A DNA stretch of 64,000 nt from assembly GCF_006345805.1 (NCBI RefSeq), contig NC_043001.1, positions 5,022,001 to 5,086,000 on the forward strand, in the 5' to 3' direction. The notes beneath the pieces were generated by a model that ran no database searches, was not told the origin of the DNA, and worked only from the letters and a program-made list of their open reading frames with translations. The stretch is from Octopus sinensis. Taxonomy: Eukaryota. Shown piece after piece: positions 14,000-27,915 of this stretch; positions within the stretch are counted from its first letter, which is position 1; each line of letters opens with the position of its first letter. Position numbers and translations under genes: made by a program.

Positions 14000-14147
14000 A
14001 AAAGTTTCACTGTGGATCTGTCGATGTCGACTTTGCTCTTCATCCTTTCGTGGTCGATAAATTAACTATCAGTTTTGTACTGGGGTTAATCTAATCGACT
14101 GGCCTCTCCCCACCAAATTTCAGGTCTTGTGCCTAGAGTAGAAAATA
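14000..14147 (+). mobile_element. SINE family A-related 3' portion (alternative tail)
   Basis: gtcgactttgctcttcatcctttcgtggtcgataaatt...ttgtgcctagagtagaaaa; same tail seen at ~7190-7250 and ~35870-35930. Confidence 0.75.
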
Positions 14148-14740
14148 ATATGTGCGATATATAATATGAATGCGGTTCTATTCTGTATTTCGTGTCTATC
14201 ACTGAATGCTGTGTGCTACGTTAGCGACATCGAGGCATGAAATATCTCCTCGTTTTTCAAACTGTGACAGAATGACTCACAACTTATCACTCCTCTAACC
14301 AAATACTCTACGCTTTGTAAATATCGATATGAAATCCATAAAAAAAAATATCATTAATATATTTAATATCCTTCTTCACTTCCTTGAAATACCTGAATAT
14401 GAATATTCATAAGAATTATCAGCAGATAAATTATTATCACCGACGACATCGTCATTATTTTAATCGCCACTGGTATCGACATCGTTGTCAACATGACATC
14501 GTTATCTTTGTATGAACGAAATCCTGAGGATGATGCTCATTATTTCCAGCATCGTCGTCGATGTCATCATCATCCACAGCTCCATCACCGTAATCCTCAT
14601 CACCACCACCTGCTCTTTCGTCGTCGTCATCGTTGTCGTGTTCTTTTCTGTGTTATCGCCGTTATCAACTCCACAATGCTACTCTTCTCATAGTTCTTCG
14701 TGTCACACTAATCGTAAGGCAGTTTATATGCATATATATA

Positions 14741-14794
<54 letters not shown>

Positions 14795-14914
14795 GGGGGT
14801 CTGTGTGTGTGAATGTGTGTCTTGGTAGATAGATAGATATATAGATAGGTATAGATATATATATAGACATATATACACACATACATGGATATATATATAT
14901 ATATATATATATAA

Positions 14915-14970
<56 letters not shown>

Positions 14971-15654
14971 CATATAATAGTGTGCAATCTGCTTGATGTA
15001 GGTATTTAATAACTGCATTGTACAGACAGACATCCGTGTTATTAAATATACGATATAACAGACAGCACTGAACAGAGGCTCTTGTTATAATTGAATATTT
15101 AATACATTCGCCATATTGCAGAGTTAATAAGGTTTTTCAGTATCAGGTAACGCAAACTATTTGGTTCGGAGCAAAAGTAACCAAAGCCAGTTATTAAATA
15201 TCGAATAGGAAGCGCAAATCAAAACCTTCCCACGGCTGTTATTAATGAGAATAGTAAATCTGAGCATTATTTATGACAGAATATCGCTAAAATATGGTTA
15301 TATGTGGCTTATACTAACATGCAGCAGTTTACGCGTAAACGAACGCTTGTTATAATGATGTTAAGGTAATGATATTGATATATGTAATTGAAATATGTAA
15401 TCCAATAAAAAAAAATCAGATATTTTAAATGAATTAAGAAGAAATATGTTATCTGGATTTGGTGTTCTGGAGAAAAATATCTTGGGTGGTAAAATCTGAC
15501 GAAAATATGTCGGCCCATTTCGACACCCAAATAACAAACATGAGTAACAGGGCGACGCTAACTGCTGAGGATGAAACACACTCAAAGTGTGTGTGTGGGG
15601 GGGGGGTTGTGTTTTATATATATACATATATATATATATACGGGTATATATAAT

Positions 15655-15726
<72 letters not shown>

Positions 15727-15764
15727 GTATATATAATATACATACATATATATATATGTGTGTG

Positions 15765-15822
<58 letters not shown>

Positions 15823-15879
15823 CAGGTATATATAATATAAATACATATATATACATACATATATATATATATATATGTG

Positions 15880-15955
<76 letters not shown>

Positions 15956-15959
15956 CTTT

Positions 15960-16390
15960 ACAAGATAAGGGCAAAAGAAAAATTCAAATGCCAAATATGC
16001 CGAAAAAAAGACAAAAATTGTCAACAACCATTATAATTTATGCCTCTCGAAACAAACCGATGGAAATTTCTAAAAAATCCGTTATTACCGTATTGGTCCA
16101 ATTTCGGTGTTAATTCGTAAGAATTTTCCCCTCTTCAGCGATAAATACGTGAGATATAACTGAAATACTTACTCATACCCATAGAAAAACCAAGCACCAA
16201 GTCCCGAGCAGACCTATGTACACCAAATATATCCAAAATAGAAAAGACTTCGGCACATCTCGAGACACGTGTGATTCGAACTAGAAACTTTCACAGAGTG
16301 AGAGAATCCGGAAGTGAACACTATTCAATTTATAACTAATGTACGATAAAATTTTTTCGGGAAAAAAATTTTATCAATGGCCAGCATATC
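15960..16390 (-). mobile_element. Small non-coding HHR-bearing element between microsatellite tracts
   Basis: Unique sequence bounded by TA-rich tracts and containing a complete HHR. Boundaries are approximate. Confidence 0.45.
16085..16144 (-). ncRNA. Type I hammerhead ribozyme motif
   Basis: Minus strand: stem I UUAUCG/CGGUAA, core CUGAAGA, stem II GG..CC capped by AAUUC-UUAC-GAAUU, GAA, stem III AUUG-GAC-CAAU, A17 (AUA triplet). Confidence 0.85.
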
Positions 16391-16526
16391 AAAATATATA
16401 TATATTTATACACACACACATATACACAAGCAAAGTAGCTAGTTAGAACATCTCAGTAAGCGATGGAAATAGTAAGTATATTGAGAGGTAATGTTTATCG
16501 CCTCAACAATATGGCTGTTCGAGACT

Positions 16527-16765
16527 AATACCTATTTCTTTATTACCCACAAGGGGCTAAACATAGAGGGGAGAAACAAGGACAGACATAGGTATTAAGT
16601 CGATTACATCGACCCCAGTGCGTAACTGGTACTTAATTTATCGACCTCGAAAGGATGAAAGGCAAAGTCGACCTCGGCGGAATTTGAACTCAGAACGTAA
16701 TGGCAGGCGAAATACCGCTAAGCATTTCGTCCGACGTGCTAACGATTCTGCCAGCTCGCCGCCTT
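16527..16765 (-). mobile_element. tRNA-derived SINE family A, near full length
   Basis: High similarity to the other family A copies in the window. Confidence 0.9.
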
Positions 16766-16984
16766 CGAGACTAATACCGTTTCACCCAGGTAGAGCTTTC
16801 TCTGCTTTCAATATACACTGGATGCAGACTTCACCAATAACCAGCTGACTGATACTCTGCCAGGCATTAGACGATAGCGACGTCGCACAGCCGTACTGAT
16901 GTGGCGATACATGTGTGTGTGTGAGCGTGTGTGTGTGTGTGTGAGCGTGTGTGTGTGTGTGTATGAGCGTGTGTGTGTGTGTGT

Positions 16985-17365
16985 CTGTCGAAACCTTAAA
17001 TAATAATACAGCTAATAAGAAGAACTTTATTGGAATATGTGAGAGTAAATTTAAAAATCGTTATGCCAATCACGTAACCTCCTTCCGGCATAGGGACAAA
17101 ATTAAAGTTACTAAGCTGGCTAGCTACATATGGACTCTGAAAGATAAGGTAACACCACATGTGATTAAATGGAAGGTAATTGAGAAATATATACCTTATA
17201 TGAATGGATCGTATAAATGTAGACTTTGGCTGAAAGAGCGCAGATCCTGTTCGGATCTAAAATCCCTAAATCCCTATTGAACTCTAGATCAGAAATTTTC
17301 AGTGGTTGCAAACTTATGTATAAATATATTGTGAAGAATTGGAAAATTCCGCCTCTTTCTGAGTA
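16985..17365 (+). mobile_element. Penelope-like element GIY-YIG endonuclease relic
   Basis: FIGICESKFKNRYANHVTSFRH...TKLASYIWTLK...IKWKVI...Y...CRLWLKE and, after a frameshift, LLNSRSEIFSGCK. This matches the PLE GIY-YIG C-terminal pattern (YIG.TE..FK.RY.NH..SF; C.LC..EK; LN.RSE). Confidence 0.85.
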
Positions 17366-17566
17366 ACGATATATTTCAAGCCTTCTAATTCAACATCTAA
17401 GAAGTATAATTCTAACATTTTACTTTTATTTTTTTTATTCTTACATTTTTGCTTTTTCTTTCTTCGTTTACCGTTATTTACTTTCTGCGTTTACCATATG
17501 TTAGCTTCTAGGTTTTTTCGTTTTTCTTATATTATTCAATTTTTTGTGAGTTGTTTACGATGTGTG

Positions 17567-17626
17567 GACTGCACCTGAAGAATATGTTTGAGTATTTCTC
17601 AACATCTGAAACTATTAGTAGCAATC
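17567..17626 (+). ncRNA. Degenerate HHR motif in PLE 3' region
   Basis: CUGAAGA, hairpin UGUU(U)GAG-uauuu-CUCAACA, GAAAC, UAUUAGUA. Stem I is imperfect (GACUGCAC vs GUAGCAAUC). Lies ~200 bp after the GIY-YIG stop. Confidence 0.55.
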
Positions 17627-19029
17627 GATTACATATATTGCGCCCATTAATAAATAATATTTATGTCTCACCAGATAGAGTTTGTTGAATTCTTTATCCA
17701 GTTACATTATATGTATATAACAATTAATAATATATTCGAAGAAAATCATATTTTTAATTTAGATGACCCCCTAAAAATCCAACAATTGTTTTAGTTGCAT
17801 TATCTTATACATACATACATATATATAACATTAGTGTGCATTTAAACACAAAAGCGGTGACCCTAACAGGACACCTTATATAAGGAACAGTGAAAGTCCA
17901 AAACACGGTTAAAAGCAATTTCGAAGGGAATGAAAATAAAAACATTTACAATATTTACCTCCCGGTCCTAAATTTCGAAATTTAATTATCAAGTAAAAAA
18001 TGTGTTAGGCGAAGATCTCATTAGTAGCAGCGCCAAAAATTAACATATAATTATGAGACAAAATAGCACGTCTCATCTATATATATTATAATTTTTTCAA
18101 ATCCACCGCGCTAGCCCAGTTTTATTTCGCAGCAAATAAAAATGTCGACTTACTTCAAAATTACTAAAATAATATGAAGAAAATATAAAGGTAGGAAAAT
18201 TACAGAGTTTTTTCTACCAGTGACTAGCATGGCGTAATATATAAATATCAGTGTATATGAATATATATATAATTAATATATATACAAACATATATAAAAT
18301 TAATAATAATAATAGTATGTACGAAAATTTATGTTAACACTATATTGTCAAGCGAATCCATATTGTTGACATTTTACCTGGACATCTGAAAAACGTTTAT
18401 GTTTTAAAAATGCTAAGAAAACGAAATGCCAGACGAAATTTAATTTTAGACATTCATTCATTCAACCGCGAGCGACGTCATTGATTAAATAATTTAGTTT
18501 ATAAACACGAAATATAAAGGAAATATTATATTAATTCCATATTTTGTGAATTTCAAGGCTACATAAAAATAAAAATAGCAAAAATAAAAACTATCATAGA
18601 AAGTGAGTATATTTATATACTAAAATTCATGACGTTACGGAATATTCTAAAGATCAAAAACTGAAAACAAAAATTTTACGTTATGCTTGATAGATAACTT
18701 CAGAATGAAACCTACTGATAATAATTCTACGTAATACTTAATTAAAAAAGGTTAAGGTGTCATATCAAGTAAAGATATGATTTTCTATGTACAAGTTATT
18801 AATTGTTGTTAATACTATGAATTTCTTAAAATTCTGGGATTGTTGAATGTACCTGCCATACACGAGAATTGCTGAATTGACCTGTCATACATGACCTGGG
18901 ATTTGAGTTTTTACATACATTTACTGATATCTAATTTTTGGAAATTATACCTTATTCTTTTATATAGAGTGCTTACTTGATGTCTACCAGGATTTTTAAA
19001 TTCCATTTTTTCTTATATACATGTATACT

Positions 19030-19745
19030 TTTATCCCCTCTCGTCACTGCTCTACCTTCAAATATAAAAGACACTAACCACACACTCTTCACCCATGCAC
19101 TACACCTCTTCAACACATTCTCTTTTCCTCCCGGTGAATCGCAACTCCTTTTTACCATGGACATTAACTCTTTGTACATACTCATCCATCACAGTCTGCT
19201 AGCACTCAAACACTTTTTAGACCATCATTCTGTACCTAAACCCAACACTAGTACACACCTCCACCTAGCTGAGGCCGTCTTAACACTCATTGGCGAATTC
19301 TGTATAGCATTTCAGGACAGGCCTCAATCACGCTAACTTCTTTGTAGGTTGTATAGAGGAGAAAATCTTTGTTCCCTTTCCTGCACCCATTCCACAGCTA
19401 TATGGTCGTTACATTGCCTTATCAGACAACAGCTCAATGATTTTATTTCTTTTGTTATCACCTTTAACCCAGCCGTGGTATTTCACCCTCACCATATCAG
19501 ATAATTCTGTTTCTTTCTTGACATCTTACTCAAAATACAAATACCCACATCCCCACCTCTACTATAAGCCTACCCCCACTGCTCTTCCTCTCACTCCAAA
19601 CACATTAAATCCGTCATACCTTTCTCTCAATTTCTTCGCATTCGACGACTTTCCAGCATCGATCAGATTTCGAATCCAATTGCAAAACGATGCGACATTT
19701 TTTTTTTCTAAATCGAGAGTATCCTCCATAAGTTGTTGACCAGGC
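19030..19745 (+). mobile_element. Penelope-like element reverse transcriptase relic
   Basis: LPSNIKDTNH..LFTMDINSLY..LALKHFLD..LAEAVLT; further on LYYKPTP and (S)QFLRIRRLSS...FF..R.YP (PLE RT thumb region). Frameshifted. Confidence 0.85.
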
Positions 19746-19879
19746 ACCCCACCGAGGCACCGCAGCTCTGCTACCATCTCTTCACGTACTTCCGTTCAGT
19801 TTCCAGGGTTGCTACTTCTCTTCCCTGTTACACCAAGTGCCACTTGATCCACAACTACACAAGCAGGAAAAGTGGAGGG

Positions 19880-20100
19880 GCAACCCGTGTGAACTAGGAC
19901 ACAGGAGGTCAGTGTTGGCATATGTTGACAACATCACCGTAGTGGTTCTAAATGTAAGCACATTGACACAATCGGCATCGCCCTCAGGAAGTACGAGAAG
20001 TTATCATTAGCGAAAATTAACCAGGAAAATCATCTGTCCTGTTACTCGTCACCTGGAGAAGTAAGTGAATGCTGTCCAGCTGCGACGTCGGGTCCTGAAC
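19880..20100 (+). mobile_element. L1/Tx1-clade RT relic (YADD region)
   Basis: SVLAYVDNITVVV...ALRKYEKLSLAKINQE resembles SAYADD...YE..SGAKIN..KS of L1/Tx1 RT. Confidence 0.65.
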
Positions 20101-20299
20101 TACTCTTCAATGAAGAAGGCATGTATCGATCAATCTGCAAATATCAACACATATAGACACCCAAGCAAACAAACACATGTATATAATTACACACATGTTA
20201 ATGTTTCATTTTGTTAAATTTTAATGATAAACATGATTTTTAACAAGATTTTTTCGTTATAGTGACTTGGAATTAACGGCCTGCTAAGCCGTCACCGGT

Positions 20300-21300
20300 C
20301 TGTACTACATTTGATTTTATCCTAATTTTATATAGTCTTTATGAAGCAACAGTTTTCTGGGTTACATAGACCACAGTTTAATAAGAATTAGCGTGCAGGA
20401 CAGGTTTCGATGGAGAGGTATTATAGAAGAATTTTATTACTCAAATTTCAGGTTATATTATGGTTCAAAATTAAGTGATTCATATAGAACTTTGTAATTA
20501 CGGTCAGGAGTTTGCTTACAGGTCAGATTCAGGTGATCGGGTTGTGTGTTATGGGTTCACAAAAAACAATTTTTTTAAGAGAATAATTTAGTTTGTCAGC
20601 AAATGTCTTAACACGTTTCCTTGAACATTATGGGGCAATTTCGCCATTTATGTTGGGAATATGAGCTGAGTCTAGAATTTAAACTTTTGAAATTTGATCT
20701 TTGTATAGTTGTGTTTACACACCTAAACAAGTGTAACATGGTGTAAAGAATAGTCAGTAGATTTCTTTACTTGTTGTTGGAGTTATCTTGTTGGTAGTTT
20801 TAATCTTTGTTTGAGGAGATGTAAGTCATCAGCCAAACATTGAAGTCTGTTATTAGGCTTGCTATTTTAGGTCACTTTATTGTTAGTACATAGAATTGTT
20901 TATCTTGTTCTTCAATGTTCACAAAGGTGTAAAGTTTTGTTGGTCAGCATATTTCTCTCTCGGGTTTAAATTTTCCAGATATATTTGATTACCGTCTGGA
21001 AAATATAATTTCATTGTTTTTGGTTGGAAAAAATAAAGATTTTATTGTGTCCACGGAGAATTATTCTCTTTTCGTGCCTTATTATTTAACACATTCACCG
21101 GTTCGATTTCCACTCATTTATTTATTAACTTTTTCTGAAATTTTTGCTGCCTCTTGCAAACATTTCAATAGTCGTTAAGACACTAAAAGAGAATGTCTCT
21201 ACCCAGACGCAATAAAAATTTGCTTCTGCACGTGAATTTACATTATTTAAAGATATTGTCACTTTCATAACCAAACAAGGACCGTCAACTTTAGGCCGTT
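20300..21300 (-). mobile_element. Possible old PLE N-terminal region relic
   Basis: Strong strand composition bias. Minus frame HLNLTCKQTPDRNYKVLYESLNFEP weakly resembles the PLE N-terminal motif NLS...L..E..VL.KGLNF.P. Confidence 0.3.
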
Positions 21301-21792
21301 GTATTGTTAGTGTAGACACTTGCTTATGTTGTGATTTAATGTTCAATAAATAATGTTATGTGTAAAGTTTATTTTCTCTCGGGATGGGGAGTCTCGTATA
21401 CCTAATTATTTTACATGAGTTTTGTTGACGTTTTAGAAAGTTTAACTTTTTTGTCTTAGATTTTGGGCTCTGGTATTTATAATTATTGCTTCTCTTGGAC
21501 ATTTTTATGTAATAACAAATACAAATATATACACAAGAAAAAGTAAAAGAAAAATATATAAGCTTGGTTAATTATCATCATATTTGCATATATCTATATA
21601 TGGGAATGTATATATGTGTGTAATTATGAGTGGCTGCATACAAACTTAGAAAATGTTTCGTTGGTAATTGGGTTTAAAATAGACGGAACTTTTAGATAAT
21701 TACTACATTTTAGAGTCGTAACACTAGTTTATATATATATATATACTACTTTATATATATACATAATAATAATAATAATAATAGTAATGATA

Positions 21793-21835
<43 letters not shown>

Positions 21836-24344
21836 TATTATTATTATTATTATTTGAGGGAATATTAAACCTAATTACAGGGAAAAAATAGAAATATTAA
21901 ATCAAATTTCACAAAATATAATATATATATAGACATTTAAAAAGAAACAATTTTATCAATTCAAAATGAATAATTAAATTACACCATCTAGAAAATTACA
22001 TATAATAGAAATATTAAAGATAAAATAAAAATAATATACTGATAATTAACTAAATTGCAAAATAATAATAAAAACGTATATATTTGGTAGAATAACGACA
22101 CGTGTTATATTATAGGGATCCTTTTCTAGTGTAGTGGAGAGAAGTGTAAGTTAGTTTCATGTTGAATTGTCAGAAAGAATCTAATTATTTGAAATGCGTT
22201 AGAGTTCTACAGGATTTGCAATTACAAGCATGAACGAAATCAGAGTTTCGGTTCAGAAATTTAGATATAAATATGAGAAAGTGGTAGGATTCGTCAGTGA
22301 TAATTCTGCAGTGTTTCTTGGTGCCTTTGTATGGCTGTGCATGGTCATAATATTTCCCAATAAATGCTAAAAGATACAAAAATAATGCAGAATATATCAC
22401 TTCGAACTTCAATTTTACCTTATTGCTTTTGGAGCCAGAAATAATTTCTGATATAAATCATGCAACAAAGTATGATTTATTAAGCAAAAAGTTACCCCTG
22501 TGATAAAATATAGGTAAAATTCCTTAGGCAGGAATTTTATATAAGACATATGCATGCCAGACGGACGTAAAATGAGTGACCTCTAATCAGAGGTTTGAAA
22601 ATATATGACCTGAGAAGTACTGATTCTTTAGAAACCCACTCAGATTGTCATAAAATAACAGAGATTCAAGTTATTGGAAAACAATAGTGTTAGTAGCTGT
22701 CTCTATTAACGAGGAAATCTTAGTAGTCAGAATGATGGGACAAAAGTTGTTCACTCTTTTTTGGAACGTCACGTTCTGAATCGTACTTCCGAATATCAGG
22801 AAATCGACTCGAATGATTGATTAAAGTGCTTACGAAGAATATAAACAAATTGTCGGAACGTCGTACAAATATAATAGAAACTTTATTGGCTTTGTTGTTT
22901 TGACAAATCTAATTTTTCATATTAGGGCTAAACTCTTAATTTATATCTAAATTTAACTATACAAAAATTCGCAGACATCAGAACAGGTGTTTTCACTTGT
23001 AATTGAAACAATGCAATCTACCATCCTTCACATTTTCACATTAAGTCTACCTTGGAATTACATTTAAAGTACATGTGCTTTGGGATGCTGCGCTATTTGC
23101 ACGCTGATTCAATATGCTGGAAATTGGGATGAGCCAACAATGGAATACTCAGTTTATACCGGTGGACAACCCAATTTAATATCTCCAATCTGTGGAACAG
23201 AAATAACTAACTTGTTAAAGAACTGGTCGCTAATTTACTCCATGTCTTGAAACCAGAGGAAAATTACTTAAAACCTACTTTCGTGCCTTGCAACAGTTTA
23301 AAAGTTACACATTCATTTCACGATACACGGCACCAAAATTCAATACTGTTTCTTTCTCCATCTTTTGTAAAACTTCTAAATTAGTTTTATATTTAAATAC
23401 CACGATGTAGACAATGAGGAAGAAGATTCATAAATTTTTGTTTTTACTTTGTATTTCTGTTTAAATCAATGATAAAGTGTCTTGATATGAGGATATTGAG
23501 CCCAGTCTATTGTTTAGTAAATCATTTCTGTTTTTAATATCCGTTTGGAATAATTAATGAAGGAAATCTTTATAAAGTTGGAGGAGTTATTTAAAAAATA
23601 AAAATAGCTATATTTGAAGAAAAAATACAGGAAATCGATTACCATAGAATGTGTCACAGCAATTTCTGGAAAAACAGCAGTGAATGAAATGCTATATCAA
23701 TTGGATGTTGGTTAATAAAGCCTTCACACTTGAGAGATATGGAATTGTTATTAAAGAACTTCTTTTAAAATACAGACCCATCAACGGATAATTCATTTGA
23801 AGATTTCAAATTTTCCTTGGCACATGTTCTGCTGTAATGTAGCTATCTGTGAAACATTTCTATTGATTCTAAAATATTCTCAGAAATATTTTATATATAA
23901 TTTATAAAAATATTTAATATACAAGAAAAAGTAAGATGAATTTCAAGATGATACAAACAATTACTCAAGTTCCGATATGATATGTAAATTCCATTCAATG
24001 GTTTTCCTATGCAACATAAAAAATATAATCTTACCTTTAAGTTTCATATGTCTCTTACAGAAATAACAGAAATACATTGATCTGCAATTAACACTTATAC
24101 GGTCACAGATTTCGCTTACAGCATATTTCCCATGCTGAATTGCGTATCTCAAATGTAAGCTGACACTGCTAACGTATTTTTCGTTGTACTCTTGGTTTAC
24201 TGTTTATCAATATATTTGACCTGACACTCGAGGTTAACAATAATGATAAAAGTATCAGCAATTTGTTATTTTACGTGTGTGTGTGTGTGTATATAACATC
24301 GTATGTGTATAATATCGTATAAGCATAAGAGTACATTATTAACA

Positions 24345-24960
24345 TTAGATACATTTGATGGATAATTGTAGTGAACTCATCCATTAGTCAGTTTTGAAGC
24401 ATTTTCAGATAAACATTGCGGGTCACATTTCCCTCAAAGAAGAAAAAACGGGTAGTGAAAGTGCTTCTTGTAGATGGCCCAGAACACATTCACTTTTAGT
24501 GAGTCCCTCCCATGCTAAACTGTGACATGGAGATTTTTTCCTCCCTAAATGCGAACATTATGCTTTTAGACTTTGCCATTTGTATAAACTTTGGCCTCAT
24601 CACTGAAAACAAGACGTTCCATGAACTCGGTTTCTTCAATTTTCTTTTGCATATCAATACGGAATTGTTCGCGGTTTCACTTATCATCTACCTTTATGGC
24701 CTGAACGAGCTGTAGTTTGTAGGGTTTGATTAGCAAGCGTTTCCTCGTGACGCGCCATGGACCTCTTGGGGATTCGCAAGGGCTTTTGACAAAATCACTC
24801 AACCGTCCCTTCCGATGTTAGTGATCGTGCAGATCCTTTTGTCTTGCACAGACAGACTTCCTCTTTGAATTTTTGTGCCCTGTCCAAATCTACATTGCCA
24901 TTGGTGACTCTTTAGAGAACCCTCTCACAAATGCACATTGCCCAGTCTTTTTCGACAATG
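24345..24960 (-). mobile_element. IS630-Tc1-mariner transposase relic
   Basis: Minus frames give KRLLIKPYKLQLVQA, DEAKF...KHNVRI, HGRDSLKVNVFWAI and PFFFFEGNVTRNVYLKMLQN. These match the Tc1/mariner catalytic N-half (SDEA.F.L.G.VNRHNVRIWG..NP...ERDSPKVNVFCA...GPFFFE). Confidence 0.85.
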
Positions 24961-25198
24961 TTAGAGCATTCTCCAATACACAAATCAACTTTTCTCTTTT
25001 AGTGAATATCAATTTTATATCGGAAAGGATAAACATATCAAATACGGAACGTAAAATTTTGACCTGTTTCTACACATGCTGTTGAAATTTGAGGTCATTT
25101 GAACAAGAACTGGCAAAGTTATTAGGTTGCGAAATAATATCGAATTTTTTGAAACACACTCTTTCTCTCTCTCCACACACACACGCACACACATATGT

Positions 25199-25275
<77 letters not shown>

Positions 25276-25290
25276 ATGTACATACACATA

Positions 25291-25336
<46 letters not shown>

Positions 25337-25630
25337 CATTAGATATATATGTACACACACATATACATATATGTGTCTCTGTGTGGGTGTGTGTGGGTGT
25401 GTTTGTGTATGCACATAATATTTGTAAATAAAGCAGAAAGGGTTTGTAAGCTACAGAGAGAAAGCTACTATGGAAGACTCATGCTATAATAACTCTATAT
25501 GCGCAAGCAGCCATGTTAGCCTTGATTTGTGGTTTCCATTCTGGCTGCAGTTAGCTTATCATTTGTTTCAATCTAAAAATTGTCGCTGGAAATCGGAGAA
25601 TACATATTGTTATGATATATAATCTTATTG

Positions 25631-25672
<42 letters not shown>

Positions 25673-27303
25673 GTAATATTTATATATATATAGATATACA
25701 TGCCTATGTATGTGTGTGTGTGAGAGAGTGTGCGTGTGTGTGTATGCATGTGTTTGCATTTTCGTGCGAGTATTTACAACGGGATTATGTTCAGATGTCA
25801 TCAACTATATTCACTCACACAATAATGGCCAGCCCGAGGCTATATTAGAAAACACGACGTCAACTGGACTGAACACGAAAGCAAGAGGCTGTATATGAAT
25901 GTTGTTAAACACATCATGTTAGTACACCGCTCTGGTGTCGCCAGACAGCAATGGAGATAAGAATGCTGTATTGAAATTATTATCGAGAAACGGATACAAA
26001 ATGTAGATATGAACAAAATATATCTGAGCTGGAAAGAGAAATGACGACAATATATTTATGATGACTGCATCTTTAAAAATCCTGTTTTAAGGAATTCTGT
26101 GCAAGATAGGAAATGAAGTGTATACTAGTTGGCAGTAACTGATGCGCGCTAATCACGAAGCTTATGCAGAGAATTCCCCTGAAAAAAAAAAGAAACGCAA
26201 GGGCAGGATGCTAAAATAAAATATATACAGATTTTGAAAGTGTGTTTCTTTAAGGATTAATGACTTTCTGGTAACTCTCACGATTCAATTTCCATTCGTC
26301 AAAATACAAAACAAGAGATAAATGTAACTAAGGCAATATTGAACAAAAAGTCTGTAGAAAACGACAACCGTCATTTATATGAATTTTACTGTCACGCACC
26401 GATTTACAATATAATTTAGGTGCACGGATGCCTTAATATACTATCCGAAAACAAGTTATGCGCGTTTATCATGTTCCAAAATTTAAATGTTGCTACAGAT
26501 TTTTTTCTTCGTGCATCTTATTGCTAAACGTTTATTGAGGCAATTATGCTCTTTTCTAACCAACGACATATTTAGGTGTAGGAAAAGAAAGAAAGACAAT
26601 TAAAGTTGATATTATCCAACCAAGATTAGTTTTAAAGAATTCATTTTTATATTCCTCCATATATTCCAACCGATATTATATCTCGTGTTCATTTTCGGAT
26701 ATGTGCATGCGTGTGTGTGTTGTGAGTGTGTGTGTTGTGAGTGTGTTTGTGTGTGTGATTATGAGTGAGTGTGAGTGTGTTTGTTTGTGTGTATGCGTAT
26801 ACCTGTATGTCAGTTTGGAGTGATATATTATCCGATTGGACGCCGTCGTAGCTCTTAGTGCAGTACCAGATTATGGCTAACCTCATCGATTAGTATTTAA
26901 CGTCTATGACTCTTAGGCGTTGTCACTCACATTCTAAATTTCTCCGATGGATAATTCCCTGTTCGCTTCAATGGATGGTAATATTATCTGAAGTTTATAT
27001 AAGTAACAATTAAAACTATACAGAATATGGAAAGTGAAACATCTTCAAAACTTTTTCCTTTTGTTTTGCAATGTCATACACAGAGAAATATTCTGCGTGA
27101 CATCGTAAAATAAAGTGGAATGAAATTTGCTCCTATGCCAGTCTCCACATTCTCTATCCATATAATATATGTGACAGTGAGACAGGCGGATAAATAATTA
27201 GATAGAGAGAGAGATAGAGAGAGAGTGTGAGACAAAGAGAGACAGACAGAGAGCTAGGAATATATACAGACAGGCTGCCAGGCAGACAAACGATATTTAG
27301 ACG

Positions 27304-27357
<54 letters not shown>

Positions 27358-27741
27358 TATATACATATATACATATGTATAAAATGATATATATGCATAT
27401 ATATGAAGTAACTATACTGTATAGTAAAATCTATTTGGCAATGAAAGGTGGCATGTCTGCGTAGGACCATTTTACTACCTTTTAGCCCCAGGAAAACCTC
27501 TCTTCCAGCTTGTTATCGACACGCGACCTGTGTCTGAATTATATTTTGAGCAAGGAAGTCCTACTCCTTCCTAGCCACTAGCAGTACCAATAGAGAAATA
27601 GTGTCTGGGTAATTTTCCATCCTCAGTGCTGGTCAACCACCAGCTAGAGTCAGCATCTTACTCGTCCTACATGCGATATACAAATATAGAAGTGACAAAA
27701 ACAGTCACTTATCTCGTAAAATAGCTAGTTTTAAATCTCGG

Positions 27742-27781
<40 letters not shown>

Positions 27782-27793
27782 TGTGTGTGTGTG

Positions 27794-27915
<122 letters not shown>

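Noticed and set aside
14430-14700. His/Arg- or Asp-rich ORFs in degenerate trinucleotide regions (also ~1050-1160, ~28800-28885, ~30540-30760)
   Set aside because: Decayed (CAT/CGT/GAT/GGT)n microsatellites; no domain similarity.
15482-15530. Hairpin UUGGGUG/CACCCAA enclosing CUGACGA
   Set aside because: No GAAA after the inner stem; not an HHR.
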